From the NCBI GenBank assembly GCA_026936335.1, contig JAPMXV010000061.1, forward strand, positions 124,001-188,000: a stretch of 64,000 bases of DNA. Direction: 5' to 3'. Every line of letters begins with the position of its first letter. Position 1 is the stretch's first letter. Source of the stretch: Mantamonas sphyraenae STR306. Lineage: Eukaryota; Protista; CRuMs. Positions 11,902 through 23,664 of the stretch are shown here, piece by piece. The notes under the pieces are model-generated. The model was not told the DNA's origin. It did no database searches and saw nothing but the letters and a program-made list of their open reading frames with translations. Position numbers and translations under genes: made by a program.

Positions 11902-12951
11902 ATGGACGATCTGTTTGCGCAACATCGACGCATGATGCAGAGCATGCGGGACGACTTTTACGACCAGCAAGCGTTTTACGACGACGACGGCGGAAGCGGC
12001 CAGGGAAACAGCCGCATCTCTGTCAACAGTGGCCGCACGGAGGGCCGTTCGCAGCCAGTACGTTGTGAAGAGGGAACAGTGTTGTTTTGGCTGTGGACGG
12101 AAGGCAAATAGGCCGGGGACGGTGGCTTTCCGACACTTTCCGCCCATTTCGAGCAGACGGAAAGGGCGCTGACACTCATCACCCGCCCACAGCTGATTGA
12201 GGAGTATGAGGAGGAGACAGGCCAGCACGACGGAACGGACGATACACACGCATACACCCGTTCCGGCAATGATTATTCAGGTGCATCCTACAGCGTGCAA
12301 GAGGCCAGCGACGACGAAGAGGAGGAGCAACCACAAACGCACCAGCGTTCGCGCACCTCCCAGCGTCAGAGCCACAGCAGCAACAGCGGAGGCGACCTGA
12401 TGGGCTTTGGAGGCGGCTTTGGCGGCGGCTTTGGCGGATCCATGCTGTCGTCATTCTTTGACGACGACGACTTTTTCGGCGGCGGCGGCTTCGGCAGCTT
12501 TGGCAGCTTTGGCAGCGGCTTTGGCGGCGGTGGCGGCGGCTCCGGCACGTACACAAGCTCGTACACGTCGTACAGCAGCAGCAGCAGCAGTGGACGCAAC
12601 GGAGGACAGCCTGTGGTGTATTCATCAAGCAAAACGGTGCGACGCGGCCCAAACGGAGTGACGGAGATCCAGCACACGGAACACGACAGCCGCACGGGCC
12701 AGCGCAAGAGTGCCTTGCAGCGTTCCATTGGGGACAAGCACAGGTACATGGAGCAGGTGGAGGACAGCGATGGCTACGTGGAGACCACGGAGCGCCTGCA
12801 CAACATCCGCGAAGACGAAAAGGACGACTTTGATGCCGAGTGGGACCGTGAAGCCAGTGCAGGGCGTCTTGGACGCTACGGTGACTCACAGCGACGTCGA
12901 GGAAGCGGTGGTGGTGGTGGCAGTGGACGACGCATTGGCTACAGCAAATGA
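11902..12951 (+). CDS. Myeloid leukemia factor (MLF1/2) family protein
   Basis: MDDLFAQHRRMMQSM N-terminus; VYSSSKTVRRGPNGVTEIQHTEHDSRTGQRKSALQRSIGDK; intron 12058-12191. Confidence 0.85.
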
Positions 12952-12955
12952 TTCA

Positions 12956-13058
12956 TCAAGAAGCGTTCAAACTTCCGTCACGGCGCACATCGTCCTCCGA
13001 CTCTTGCACATCGGTGTCGTTGTTGGGGTTGGAAGAGCCAGTGTGCAGTTCATCGCGT

Positions 13059-13090
<32 letters not shown>

Positions 13091-14902
13091 TGCCGGCCCA
13101 ATCTTGGCAGGGACATCCAGGAGCCGGTCCCAGCGACGATCGAGGAGCCAAAGGACGATGCCGAGGCAGAGAGCGAGAAAGTCGAGGGAGCACATGAGCA
13201 TGAGGGCCCATGTGAACACTTCGTAGTAGTCGCGTGTGCCACCCATGAGTGGTGCGACGGCGAGAACAAAGGCGCTCTCCAGGGCGGTGGTGACCGCGTT
13301 TGCGGTGTCGATGTGCTTGCTGACGACGAGTCTGCGAATGGCAATGCGTGTGGCAGCAGGCACAATGCCCAGGGAAATGGCCTGGAAGAGGATGGGCACG
13401 AGGAGTTCCCAGGAAAAGTAGAGACCAACGGTGGCAATGAGAGAGGAGAGCATGGCCAGAAGGAGGAGCTGGGGCACGTCGCCGTTGTACAACATCCACA
13501 GGCGCGAAAGCATGGAGACGGCAATGCTCATGACATAGGCAATGGCGCTGGCAACGCCTGCCTCACTCAGAGGAATCTTGTAGTTTTCCAGGACCACGCT
13601 GGGCCAGAAGAGCATCATGGTCAAGTTGATGGAGGAGGAAAAGGACGTGGACAGGGCCATCAGCCAGAAGAGACCCGGAAGTTGGGTGACACTGGCCCAG
13701 GCCGCACGCACGCCCGTTTCACGGTGCGATTGAGAACGCCAGCCACTGGTGCCACCCGGCTCGGCCGCGTCACCCGCGTAGCTGTGACTGTTGCCACTGG
13801 ACATGTCTGTCATTTCCGAGTTGCCACTGGCCATCATGGTGCCGTAGTGGGCTGGAGTGACGCCTGCGGCGGCGGCAAGTAGCGAGGGCCCGGGGGCTTG
13901 GGTTTGGGCAATGGCGGCGGCGGGGCCACGTGCACCAAACAGCTGATTCTGGGTGTCGATGAGACGGCGTGTCTCCTGGGCACTCTGCCAATCGATGGGA
14001 TCAAGACGCAGGAGGGGAGAGGAGAAGCGATCGATGCCGTACAAGGAAAGCTGGAGGATCCATCCGATGAGAACCACACAGAGCATGACAAGGCCTGCTG
14101 TACGTACGCCGGCAGAGTAGGCAAGGGCACTGAGGACTGCAATGCCCGAGGCGTTGCCGAGCTGGCCAAAAACCTGCTGGACAGCGTCGACGACGGCCGG
14201 AGATGGGAAGCGCTGGTGTCGGTGACCAAACACATCTGCACCGACATCGGATGGGGTGCCTGGGAACCATCGAGTTGTGGTCATGCTCTGTGCAGCGCGG
14301 ACGGTGGGGTTGCCCAAGCCAAAAACGATGCGGGAGAGGACGAGGTAGGGGAAGGAGTCGACGCCAATGTACCACGCGGTGGAAAATAAGATAATGGTGG
14401 CACCCAGGACGGTGCTGATCTCGCGGTTGACGGTAAAGGTGAACGGGAGGGCAAAGAGGAGGTTGGGCACAAAGCTGGCGGCATACACCCATGCCAGCTG
14501 CTCAAAGTTGTTGATCCAACCCAAGCGGACGAGCATGCTGTGACCCGTGGCAGCCACGATGTTGTCCGCAAACATGGTGGAGCCCAGAATGAGGGCGGTG
14601 AGAAGCATGACGGCGGTGCGTGTTGGCACTCGGGCAGGGTGCATGATGTGGTCGTCATTGTTCAACCACTTGCCACCTGGACGGGTGCCTGTGCTCATTG
14701 TCGTCACTTTGGACGCCGGGGCGTGTATAGGCTCTTCTCCCAATGCACTGGGCGAGGGCAACGCATCCGCAAGCCGTTCATTGTCGTGGCTGAACGACGC
14801 ATACTCGCTCACATCCGACGGCGACGAGTGCAACCGGCTGTCGATGTGCAGCACCTTTGTGTGTCCGCCATGGCGCAGCGACGAGTGCGGCGCCTCGTCC
14901 AT
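12956..14902 (-). CDS. MFS transporter (MFSD1-like)
   Basis: About 12 hydrophobic segments; SRIVFGLG and TTRWF motifs; acidic C-terminal tail. Confidence 0.85.
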
Positions 14903-15084
14903 TGCGGCGGTGAAAAGGGCACGCGGGAAGGGGAAAGGGTTGGTGGAAGGGGGGGACGGCAATCAAGAGGAGAACAGGTGGCCGGGGGGGGAGGGGGGAC
15001 GGTTTGCAATGTGCACAATGTGTGTGAGTGGCCTAGCATGAGTATCGCAAGTGCTCATCTCATGCGCCAATGCAGCCACAGAGA

Positions 15085-15865
15085 ATGTCGTCGTCGTCGT
15101 CGTCGTCATCGTCTGCTGCGCAGAGTGTGGTGGACAGGCCGCTGAGCAAGGGCAAGAACGAAGTCAACCTGGCTGCGTTCTCGTTTCTGTTCAGTGAGCT
15201 GATTCAGTATTCACAGAAGCGGTCCAACTCGTTGGAGGAGTTGGAAAACAAGTGAGTGTGATGGTTGCCGCGGCGTGGGATCGGCCCCTCTCGGCGCACG
15301 TGTGGCTCACACACGGATGGGACACACACGCAGGCTGTCGGACATCGGGTACCAGGTGGGCGTGCGTGTCTTGGAGCTGCTGGTGTTGCGCGAAAAGAAC
15401 TGCCGCAGGGAAACGGAGCTGGTGAAGATGCTGGTGTTTATCCAGAACACTGTGTGGAAGTGCCTCTTTGGCAAGGCCGCCGACTTTCTCGAGCGCTCCA
15501 CAAGCCTTGCCGACGAGTACATGATTTCTGAAAAGGGCGAACTGCTGGTCAACCAGTTTATCTCTGTGCCCAACGACATGGACGGCGTCCAATGCGGCAG
15601 TTTCGTGGCGGGCATTGTCAAAGGCGTGCTCGACTCGGGCGGCTTTGTACGTTCTCCCCTCTCTCTGTTCCCCCATTGCCTAATGCCTCACCTCGCACCG
15701 ATCCCCGCCCCCCAACCCTGTCGTACTCACCGCTGACACGATGTGTTGTGTCTGCACACACAGCCTGCACGCGTCACAGCGCATTACATTTACGAGGGTG
15801 AAGTGATGACCAAGAGCACGATCCTCATCAAGTTTGACCAGGAGGTGCTGGAACGTGAGGGATGA
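15085..15865 (+). CDS. TRAPPC5: TRAPP complex subunit 5 (Trs31)
   Basis: EVNLAAFSFLFSELIQYSQ, GYQVGVRVLEL, CGSFVAGIVKGVL and PARVTAH; introns 15252-15333 and 15647-15763. Confidence 0.95.
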
Positions 15866-15933
15866 TGGAAGGGTGGGCAGAGAGGGGGAGAGTGTACATA
15901 AATCGAACTGAGTGTCCCTCAGGCACCCAACAC

Positions 15934-16932
15934 ATGGACGCGTTGAAAACGGCCAAAGCCCGGTTCGAGCTGGACCTAGTGGCACCAAACCACAACGATT
16001 TGTATGCATCGACAGACTCGGTACATATGCGTCAATGGGACTCGGGTGGTGATGCACAGGAAGGGAGGGGCAAGGACGAGCAGGAGGCGCAGGAGCGGAC
16101 ACGGAAGGAGCAGCTGCGGCAACGCGTACGCAGCAAGGTGCGTGCACGCAACAGCAGCCGGAAGCAGGATGAGCAAGGTGCTGGGGATAACACAGAGGAT
16201 GGGGGTGCGTCGAGGGAAAAGCTGGTCGAGGTGCGAGGCGTGGGAGCGTCTGCGCTTGCGTCGAAGCGAGGGACGTCGTCGCCGGGGAGCAGGGAATCCT
16301 CGTCGCGGATGATGCAAGCTGCACCCAAGCACCATTTGCCCAAGTATCGCGTGGGTCGGTACCAGGAGGACGGGGAGGAGGAGAAGGAGGAGCAGGAGCA
16401 GGACGAGGGGGCACAGCGTGTGGTGCTGCTGCCCACGGGGGGACAGATGATGCCACGCAGCACACCACAAGGGGTCGAGGTGTACAGTAGCGCCATTGAA
16501 GATGCGTCGAATGAGCAGCAGGTGTTGGCTTCGGAAATCAGCCGGCTGCAGCACAAGGTGGACACTCTGCAGGCGAGGCGTTCAAAGCTGCAGGTGGACA
16601 AAACACGGGACCAGATGCGACTGGCAGCCAGGCAGCAGATGCAGGATATGCAACAGAGGCTGATCCAGGCACATCGAGTGCGTGTGTTGCAGCTGCTCAA
16701 GGACAAGGAGGAGGCGTTGATTTCGCTGACAGAACGACAGAGGGCCATCCAGGATCAGATCGAGGCGCTGCAACTGGAGTTTCACGACGTTCAGGCCGAC
16801 ATCGAAGAGACGGAAAACCGTTTTGTGCGTGAAAACGCCTCTCTGGAACGCAAGCTGGACAAGGAGATTGAGACGCACCGGCTGGCTGTGCTGGGAGATC
16901 TCGAGCAGCAGTTGAAGCGAGTGACGAGGTGA
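15934..16932 (+). CDS. Coiled-coil protein of unknown function
   Basis: Long ORF with a heptad-rich, E/Q/R-rich C-terminal half. Confidence 0.7.
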   Translation: MDALKTAKARFELDLVAPNHNDLYASTDSVHMRQWDSGGDAQEGRGKDEQEAQERTRKEQLRQRVRSKVRARNSSRKQDEQGAGDNTEDGGASREKLVEVRGVGASALASKRGTSSPGSRESSSRMMQAAPKHHLPKYRVGRYQEDGEEEKEEQEQDEGAQRVVLLPTGGQMMPRSTPQGVEVYSSAIEDASNEQQVLASEISRLQHKVDTLQARRSKLQVDKTRDQMRLAARQQMQDMQQRLIQAHRVRVLQLLKDKEEALISLTERQRAIQDQIEALQLEFHDVQADIEETENRFVRENASLERKLDKEIETHRLAVLGDLEQQLKRVTR

Positions 16933-17026
16933 TGATGGCAATCGTATGAAACACACCCACACCCACACACACGTTGTTTTCGCCACTGCGTTGATTCATC
17001 GCCATCCCAACCATCACAAAAGTCCG

Positions 17027-18064
17027 ATGTTTTCGCGGGGAAAACTCGCCGTCCAGCGAGCAGCTGGCCCCGTGCGGAGTGCAGGTGCACGGCTTCTGCA
17101 CACGACACTGGAAGAGCGAAAGGGGGAGGAACGAGCGATGGGACCGAGCAGTAGCAGCAGCAACACTGCAACAGCTCCACCATTGTCATGGGTGGACACA
17201 CACGCACCAGAGGCGGCGCGGCCTTACTTGCATCTGATGCGCATCGACAAACCCATCGGTTCCTATTTATTGCTTGCACCGTGTCTATTCTCCACGGCGC
17301 TGGCCAGCAGCCACAGCCTGCCATCACCGGCCCTGCTGGCCACGTTTGCGGTGGGGTCGGTGGTCATGCGTGGCGCAGGGTGCACCATCAACGACATCCT
17401 CGACAGGGACATCGACAAGGCTGTGGCGCGCACTGCCACACGACCTCTGGCCTCGGGAGCCTTGAGCGTGACTCAAGCCACGGCGTTTCTGGCTGCACAG
17501 CTGTCCATGGGCCTGGGGGTGCTGTTGACCCTCAACGAACCGACCATCAAGCTTGCGGCGGCGTCACTGGGTCTGGTGGCCACGTATCCATTGATGAAAC
17601 GGATCACATACTGGCCACAGTTGTTTCTGGGCCTGACTTTCAATTGGGGGGCACTGGTGGGCTGGAGTGCAGTGCACGGTGAGCTTGATCTGGGCGCGGT
17701 GCTTCCCCTCTACGCAGGTTGCATCGCCTGGACCATCTACTACGACACCATCTACGCACACCAGGACAAGGAAGACGACGTCAAAGTGGGTGTCAAATCG
17801 ACGGCGTTGCTGTTTGGAGAGCACACGAAGCGTGTGCTGGCCGGATTTGGGGTTGCCACCATGGCTGGGTTTCTGGCAGCTGGCCACCACGTGGGCCTTT
17901 CTGCACCCTTTTACGTGGCCAGTGGCTTGGGGGCGGCACATCTCGCGTGGCAACTGACCACTGTGGATTTGGATGACCGCGGGTCGTGCTGGGAAAAGTT
18001 TGTGAGCAACCGGTGGTTTGCAGCCATCATGTTTGGTGGGATTGTGGCGGGACAGGTGTGGTGA
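17027..18064 (+). CDS. COQ2: 4-hydroxybenzoate polyprenyltransferase, mitochondrial
   Basis: RIDKPIG, MRGAGCTINDILDRDID..V.RT..RPLASG and YDTIYAHQDKEDD; presequence-like N-terminus. Confidence 0.97.
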   Translation: MFSRGKLAVQRAAGPVRSAGARLLHTTLEERKGEERAMGPSSSSSNTATAPPLSWVDTHAPEAARPYLHLMRIDKPIGSYLLLAPCLFSTALASSHSLPSPALLATFAVGSVVMRGAGCTINDILDRDIDKAVARTATRPLASGALSVTQATAFLAAQLSMGLGVLLTLNEPTIKLAAASLGLVATYPLMKRITYWPQLFLGLTFNWGALVGWSAVHGELDLGAVLPLYAGCIAWTIYYDTIYAHQDKEDDVKVGVKSTALLFGEHTKRVLAGFGVATMAGFLAAGHHVGLSAPFYVASGLGAAHLAWQLTTVDLDDRGSCWEKFVSNRWFAAIMFGGIVAGQVW

Positions 18065-18094
18065 GTGTGGAGAATGGACAATGCCCGCGCGTGT

Positions 18095-20457
18095 TTACTT
18101 TGTGGACAGTTGCTTGCTGACGAGGTTTGCGTAGATGCCATTGAGACGCATGAGCTGGTCGTGGGTGCCACGTTCGACAATACGACCCTGGTCGAGGACA
18201 ATGATGAGATCTGCACTCTTGACGGTGGACAGCCTGTGTGCGACGACAATGGTGGTACGTCCCTTCATGATGGAATTGAGGGCACTCTGGACCACCGCTT
18301 CGCTCTCGGTGTCGAGATTGGAGGTTGCTTCGTCCAGAATCAGGATGGCCGGGTCACGCAGCACCGCACGTGCGATGGCAATGCGTTGCTTCTGGCCGCC
18401 AGAACACTGCACGCCCCGTTCGCCCACAGTCGTGTCGTATCCGTGCGGAAAGGCCTCGATGAATCCGTGCGCGTTTGCGCTTTGGGCAGCAGCCCGGATT
18501 TCATCGGCCGTGGGCACGTGGCCTTGGTCGTGTGTGCGTCCGTAGGCAATGTTGTCGCCAATGGTGCCACTAAACAATGGAGGCTCCTGTCGTACCACGC
18601 CGATGTGCTTGCGCACCCACGTCGGGTTGAGGTCACGCAGGGGCTGACCGTCCACGAGGATGTCGCCTTGCTGCGGGTCGTAGAATCGTTGCAAAAGGGC
18701 CAGAATGGTGGATTTGCCACTTCCCGACGGGCCCACAATGGCCACCATGGCACCACGGGGCACGTCAAAGGAGACGCCATCGAGGACCTGTGCGTCGGGC
18801 CGCGTTGGGTAGCGGAAGCGCACATTGCGAAAGGTGATGTGACCCTTCAAGGGCTGGGAAGGGCTTGCGCCTGCATCGACGGGGATGGACGGTTCACTGG
18901 CCAGTGTTTCAAAGACGCGCGAGGACGAGGCACTGGCACGCACGAGTTCGCTGTACAGCATCGACATCTGAGTCAGCGACGCGTTGAGCTGGCGTGTCAG
19001 AAGCATCACAGACGCAAGTTGGTCCTGCTGCAGCGTGCCGCTTTCGATCATGCGGCCGCCCATGAGAAAGACAAGCAGGACTGGACGGACGGCAGGCGCG
19101 AGAGAGGGACGGGGTGTCAGTTTCCTGAGCATCACACACACACGTGCACACGATCCTGCACACGATCCTTCTGTCGTCACCTACATGCGACAGACACCCC
19201 AAGAGACTGGACGGCATAAAAGGTGCCTGTAAGGGCGCCGAGACGCTGTGCTTGGGCCTGTGCCCGGTCGATCTGGTCGGCATACTTGCGCTCCGCGAGA
19301 GACTCGTTACTAAAGGCACGCACGGTGCGAATGAGGGAGAGGGATTCCGAGGCAATGGCATTGGCCTTTGCCTTTTCGTCGTGGAGTTGGTTGCTGAGGG
19401 AGCGGAGGTAGCGTCCAAAGGCGCTGCCGACGAGAACCATGGCCGGGAGACCGACGGAGATGGCAAGGCCAAACTCGGTGCTCACCATAAAGATGGACAC
19501 CAGGGAGCCAGCGAGGGTGCCTACGGATCGCAGGCCGAGGGAGACGGCGTGCTTGACACCGGTGCGAATCTCTTGCACGTCGCTGCTCAGACGCAGGATC
19601 ATGTCGCCCACGGGGGTGTCGTCAAAGAAGCCCACGTCCTGTTGGAGGTACACATGGAAGAGTTGACGTCGCAGACGGCTGGCCATGGCTTCGGTGGCGG
19701 TGGAGAGGGCGTGCAACGAAGCGTAGTGGCAGACGGCCTTGGCCACCACCAACGAGACGGCATTGGCGGCTGGGATGGCCAGTGACTGGCCTGATGCCAC
19801 CACAGACACGAGGGTTCCAAACGAAGCCACCACGGCAAAGCTGAGGACACTCTCCACGGCAATGAGAACCGCCGAGAGCAGGTACCATGGCCATTCAGGT
19901 GCAAGGAGGAGCTTGACCTTTTCCCACCACGTCATTTCGTCGTCTTGTTGCGTCTCGGTGGTTTCAGCATGGGTGTCGTCCTGTGCGGGGCGGTTGTCGT
20001 TCTCGTCGGCGTTTGGTCGCGGAGAGGCCGCATGAACCACACCCGGTTGCAGCCATGTGCTCGGTTCCAGCGATGCGAGCTGGTCGCATGTCCATTGGAC
20101 CGCACATTGAAGGCCCTGCAAGGCGTATTGGCTCTGTTGCATGACCAGAGGGACCACGCGGATGCTTGCAGAGGCACAGACAACGTGTGCGGGCGAACAC
20201 GGCGTGACGATCACTCGAGGAGCAAGCACAAGAGGCTCGGCGACTGCGGGTGCCATGGAAACGTTGGTGCGCACTACAGACGACGAAAAGAGTCGGTGAG
20301 TGCGCTGTGGGACTTGGGTGGTGGACTGCAGAGGCACGGCGGTGATCGCACGTGCAGCACAGTGCACCACACCACGCTGCGCTTCGACGCGAGTGGCATG
20401 GGTGCCCAGCGTGCGACACACAGCCAACCCTACGGATCGACACGGATCTCTGTGCAT
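18095..20457 (-). CDS. Mitochondrial ABCB half-transporter (ABCB8/ABCB10/Mdl1-like)
   Basis: TMD with QDVGFFD; NBD with GPSGSGKST, SGGQKQRIAIARA and ILDEATS; one intron (~19182-19081); start approximate. Confidence 0.92.
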
Positions 20458-20692
20458 CGGAGGGAGGGTCGGCACGATGTGGGGCGAGTCGCGCGAGCCG
20501 GGCCAGAGGCGGATCAAAATTGCATTCGTAAGGAAGGGGAAGGGAGATTCTTGGAGCACGTCATCGGCGATGTGTGTGTGTGTGTGTTGGACCAGGTGGA
20601 GGGGGGTTGGGGGCGCACGGGGCGAAGGGCGGGGGTCGGGAAAGTGATCAGGAACCAATCGCTCACCTCCTTCGCGGGCCGGAAAACACAGC

Positions 20693-22282
20693 ATGATGAT
20701 GGTAAAATGCCAGGGGTGTGGCCGTATGATCATGTTGGCCAAGTTTACGGCAAGGCTGAGACACTGCAGAGTATGCAGGAAGCGTGAACAGGGTGAGCGT
20801 CGGATTGCGCATCCGTTCTCAAGCAGGGCGTCGAGGGGAGCGACGCAAAGTCACATCCATCAGCGGTGCTCGAGCTGCCGCTCGATTCACACCTCGTCCG
20901 CACTGAAGGATGGCCTTTGTCTGATATGTAGAACGTCAAAGAAGAAACGGCCGCTGCGTCTGGTTGCGAGCGTGTCTCCCACAAAGCGCAAGATGGGTGA
21001 TGGACAACGCCAGCGTGAAGAACGGGCGCAGGAACCTCGTTCTGCGGATGGGAGCGACCGAAAACGGCAAAAGGTGGGAGGAGGGGGCGCGGTGATCGCG
21101 TTGGCGCTGCTGGAGGACGAGTGCAGCGGCGCCGTGGAGGGCAAAGAGGATGTGGAGGATGTAGAGAGTAGCAGTAGTCACAGCAGTAGCAGTGGTGGCA
21201 GCAGGAGGAGGAGTGCAAGGAGGAAAAAGGTGATCGGGGAGGAGGCGGAAGAGAATGAGGACGTGGTGGTTGTGGAGAACGATCACGATGTGGAAACGGC
21301 GGCGTCGCGGGTGGAGTTTCTGCGAGTGGCGGTGGATGAGAGGGAGGCAAAGCTGTCGTTTCAGGACAGGCTGGATCTGGAGGATGGTCAGTTTGTCGGG
21401 AGCGCGTGCATCGATTTCTGCAATCGGTATCTGCTGGGGATGGAAGTGGAGAGATCGCGAGCGCAAGAGGTGGGTGTATTGAGTGCAAACATGTTTCCTA
21501 TTCTGGCACACGAGACGTGGGAGCTGTCTGGGGCAGAGCTGGCAAAGACGCTGGAGGAACGGTACCAGCGAGTGCGGCGATGGACGACGCGTGCGAACCT
21601 GGACATCTTCTCGAAGCAGTATGTGGTGATGCCAATCAATCTGTACAAGCACTGGATGCTTGTGATTGTGTGCTTCCCCACACAGTATCCGGGTGTGCCG
21701 GAGGCTGTTCGGACAGCGCCTCCGGCGGAGGTTCAAGGCACGCGTGGCGATCTTGCACATATCTTTCTGCTAAACTCGCTGGAGGAACTGCTTGTGGGGC
21801 CCAGGCGCAAGCGTGTGATCAACGTGGTGCGTGCATGGCTGACGCACGAGTGGTCAGACAAAAAGGCAGAGGATACCGGGGTTCGTGTGGATTTCGGGCG
21901 CATGACGTACAAGAGCATCCACGTGCCGCAGCAACCAAACGCCACCGACTGTGGGCCGTACATCATGCAGTACCTGGAGGATTTTACACGGGATCCGGTG
22001 AAGTGGTTTATGCGCGGACGCAGCGCAAAGCGCAACCGGCAGAAATGGTTCTTTGATGATGATGATGATGGGGCTGGGGAAAGCGTACCAGAGCGGTATG
22101 CAAACAAGAGAAGAGACGTACGAGCAAAGTTGGATGCCATCTGGCAGTCCGTAGAGTCAGGAGTGAGCGAGGGGAGTGCGATGCAGGTGATGGCGGAGCG
22201 GGTGGAGGCATATGAGCGGACACAGAAGCAGCGAGAGGATGAAGAGGACTCGGATGATTCGGACGTGGTGATTGTGGAGTGA
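20693..22282 (+). CDS. SUMO protease, Ulp2/SENP6-7-like (C48), with Cys-rich N-terminus and SIM-like motifs
   Basis: RVRRWT..LDIFSKQYVVMPIN..HWML and PQQPNATDCG; DVVVVE and DVVIVE SIM-like motifs; N-terminal CxxC pairs. Confidence 0.9.
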   Translation: MMMVKCQGCGRMIMLAKFTARLRHCRVCRKREQGERRIAHPFSSRASRGATQSHIHQRCSSCRSIHTSSALKDGLCLICRTSKKKRPLRLVASVSPTKRKMGDGQRQREERAQEPRSADGSDRKRQKVGGGGAVIALALLEDECSGAVEGKEDVEDVESSSSHSSSSGGSRRRSARRKKVIGEEAEENEDVVVVENDHDVETAASRVEFLRVAVDEREAKLSFQDRLDLEDGQFVGSACIDFCNRYLLGMEVERSRAQEVGVLSANMFPILAHETWELSGAELAKTLEERYQRVRRWTTRANLDIFSKQYVVMPINLYKHWMLVIVCFPTQYPGVPEAVRTAPPAEVQGTRGDLAHIFLLNSLEELLVGPRRKRVINVVRAWLTHEWSDKKAEDTGVRVDFGRMTYKSIHVPQQPNATDCGPYIMQYLEDFTRDPVKWFMRGRSAKRNRQKWFFDDDDDGAGESVPERYANKRRDVRAKLDAIWQSVESGVSEGSAMQVMAERVEAYERTQKQREDEEDSDDSDVVIVE

Positions 22283-22319
22283 GGAGAGGGCAGAGGAATG
22301 AATGTGGTGCACATTGCCG

Positions 22320-23579
22320 TCAAGCCATCCAACGCAGAACGCGGTAGAGCACCTCGTCGGGGAGGGTGGACCACTGTTCTGTGGGCTCGTATTCGTCCAT
22401 GCCACCACACTCAAACATGAGATACCTCTCCTCTGTGTTCATAGCGACGACAGCCTCCACTTGGCCGTCGAGATGTGACGGCCACATCCAGTGCCATTGA
22501 GGCCGCCAGGGTTTGGCCATGGCCATCTGCTGGGCACTGGCTGATTCCCAAGTGTGCTTCACGCACGGATTGGCACCCCACACGCGCAGCATCTCCACCA
22601 CCGTGTCGTCCTCGAGGTCCACGGCACGGGCAAGGGGGGTCAGGCGCTCGAGATCCTTGAGACGAACCAGCGAATCCACAGCGACGCCCCATTCCAACAA
22701 ATCCTCGGCAGCCTCGATGTCTCCCTCCATGGCAGCCTTGCAGAACGCTTCTGCCTTTTGCGTGTTGAGCGTCCCCGGTCGATTGCGCACGGAGAAGGTG
22801 CGGCAGGCTGTGTTTGTCCCCAGAGCCCGCTTGACCTCCGCTGCTGCCTCTTCCTCGAAGCTGCTGCTTAGCATGAGCTCCTGCATGGTGGTGTTGTCTT
22901 CCATGGCCTGGGCCAGGGCGAGGATGCCGTCCATGGTCATGGCATTGTTCCACACGACCAGAGTGTGCAGACCACGGTTGCTGCGCAGTGCCGACGCAAG
23001 TGCCATGGCACCCTCGTCGACCACCGAGTTGTAGTTGAGGTTCAACCCCTGCAGGGTGTGATTGGTGACCAAGGCTTCAGCAATGGCTGCGCCTCCGAGT
23101 TTGCCCAACTGGTTGGAGTCCAAACTCAGGAACTGCAGCGAGGTGTTGCTGTGCAAGGCATTGGATATGGCCGTTGCACCGGGTGCCCAAATGTTGTTGA
23201 GTCGCAGGTTCAGGTTTTGCAGTGTGGCGTCGGGTTCGGCGAGGGCGTCGGCGAGCGCGTTTGCGCCTTGGTTGCCAATGGAGTTCCAGGCCAGGTTCAA
23301 GCTCTGAAGGGAGGGACACGAACGCATAAGGGCAGCCAGTGCCACGGCACCCTTGTTCTCCAATTCGTTGTTGTTCAGGATGAGCGTACGGAGGTTGGGA
23401 GCCGCCTGGAGGACGGCCGTGGAAAGGGTATCAGCGCCCTTTGCGCCGATGCTTTGGAAGCCCAGGTCGATGGTGTGCAGACCCGGGGTGTCCAGCATGG
23501 ACACAAGGCGCTTCATGTCTTTGCGGAACAAATGCACCTTCATTTCTGCTTTGTCTGGGGGGTTGTTGGCAGTGCTCAT
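22320..23579 (-). CDS. RI-type LRR protein with an ankyrin repeat and a C-terminal F-box-like motif
   Basis: Repeated LxxLxLxxNxIGxxGAxALA; TPLARAV...VEMLRVWGANP; terminal WSTLPDEVLYRVL. Confidence 0.85.
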   Translation of the reverse strand: MSTANNPPDKAEMKVHLFRKDMKRLVSMLDTPGLHTIDLGFQSIGAKGADTLSTAVLQAAPNLRTLILNNNELENKGAVALAALMRSCPSLQSLNLAWNSIGNQGANALADALAEPDATLQNLNLRLNNIWAPGATAISNALHSNTSLQFLSLDSNQLGKLGGAAIAEALVTNHTLQGLNLNYNSVVDEGAMALASALRSNRGLHTLVVWNNAMTMDGILALAQAMEDNTTMQELMLSSSFEEEAAAEVKRALGTNTACRTFSVRNRPGTLNTQKAEAFCKAAMEGDIEAAEDLLEWGVAVDSLVRLKDLERLTPLARAVDLEDDTVVEMLRVWGANPCVKHTWESASAQQMAMAKPWRPQWHWMWPSHLDGQVEAVVAMNTEERYLMFECGGMDEYEPTEQWSTLPDEVLYRVLRWMA

Positions 23580-23664
23580 GTCGGCGGTTTGCCTCGGATT
23601 TGAGATGTGTGGGACGGTGCACGTGTGTGTGTGTATTGCACAGGAGGTCTGCGAGGGCGGTGCA

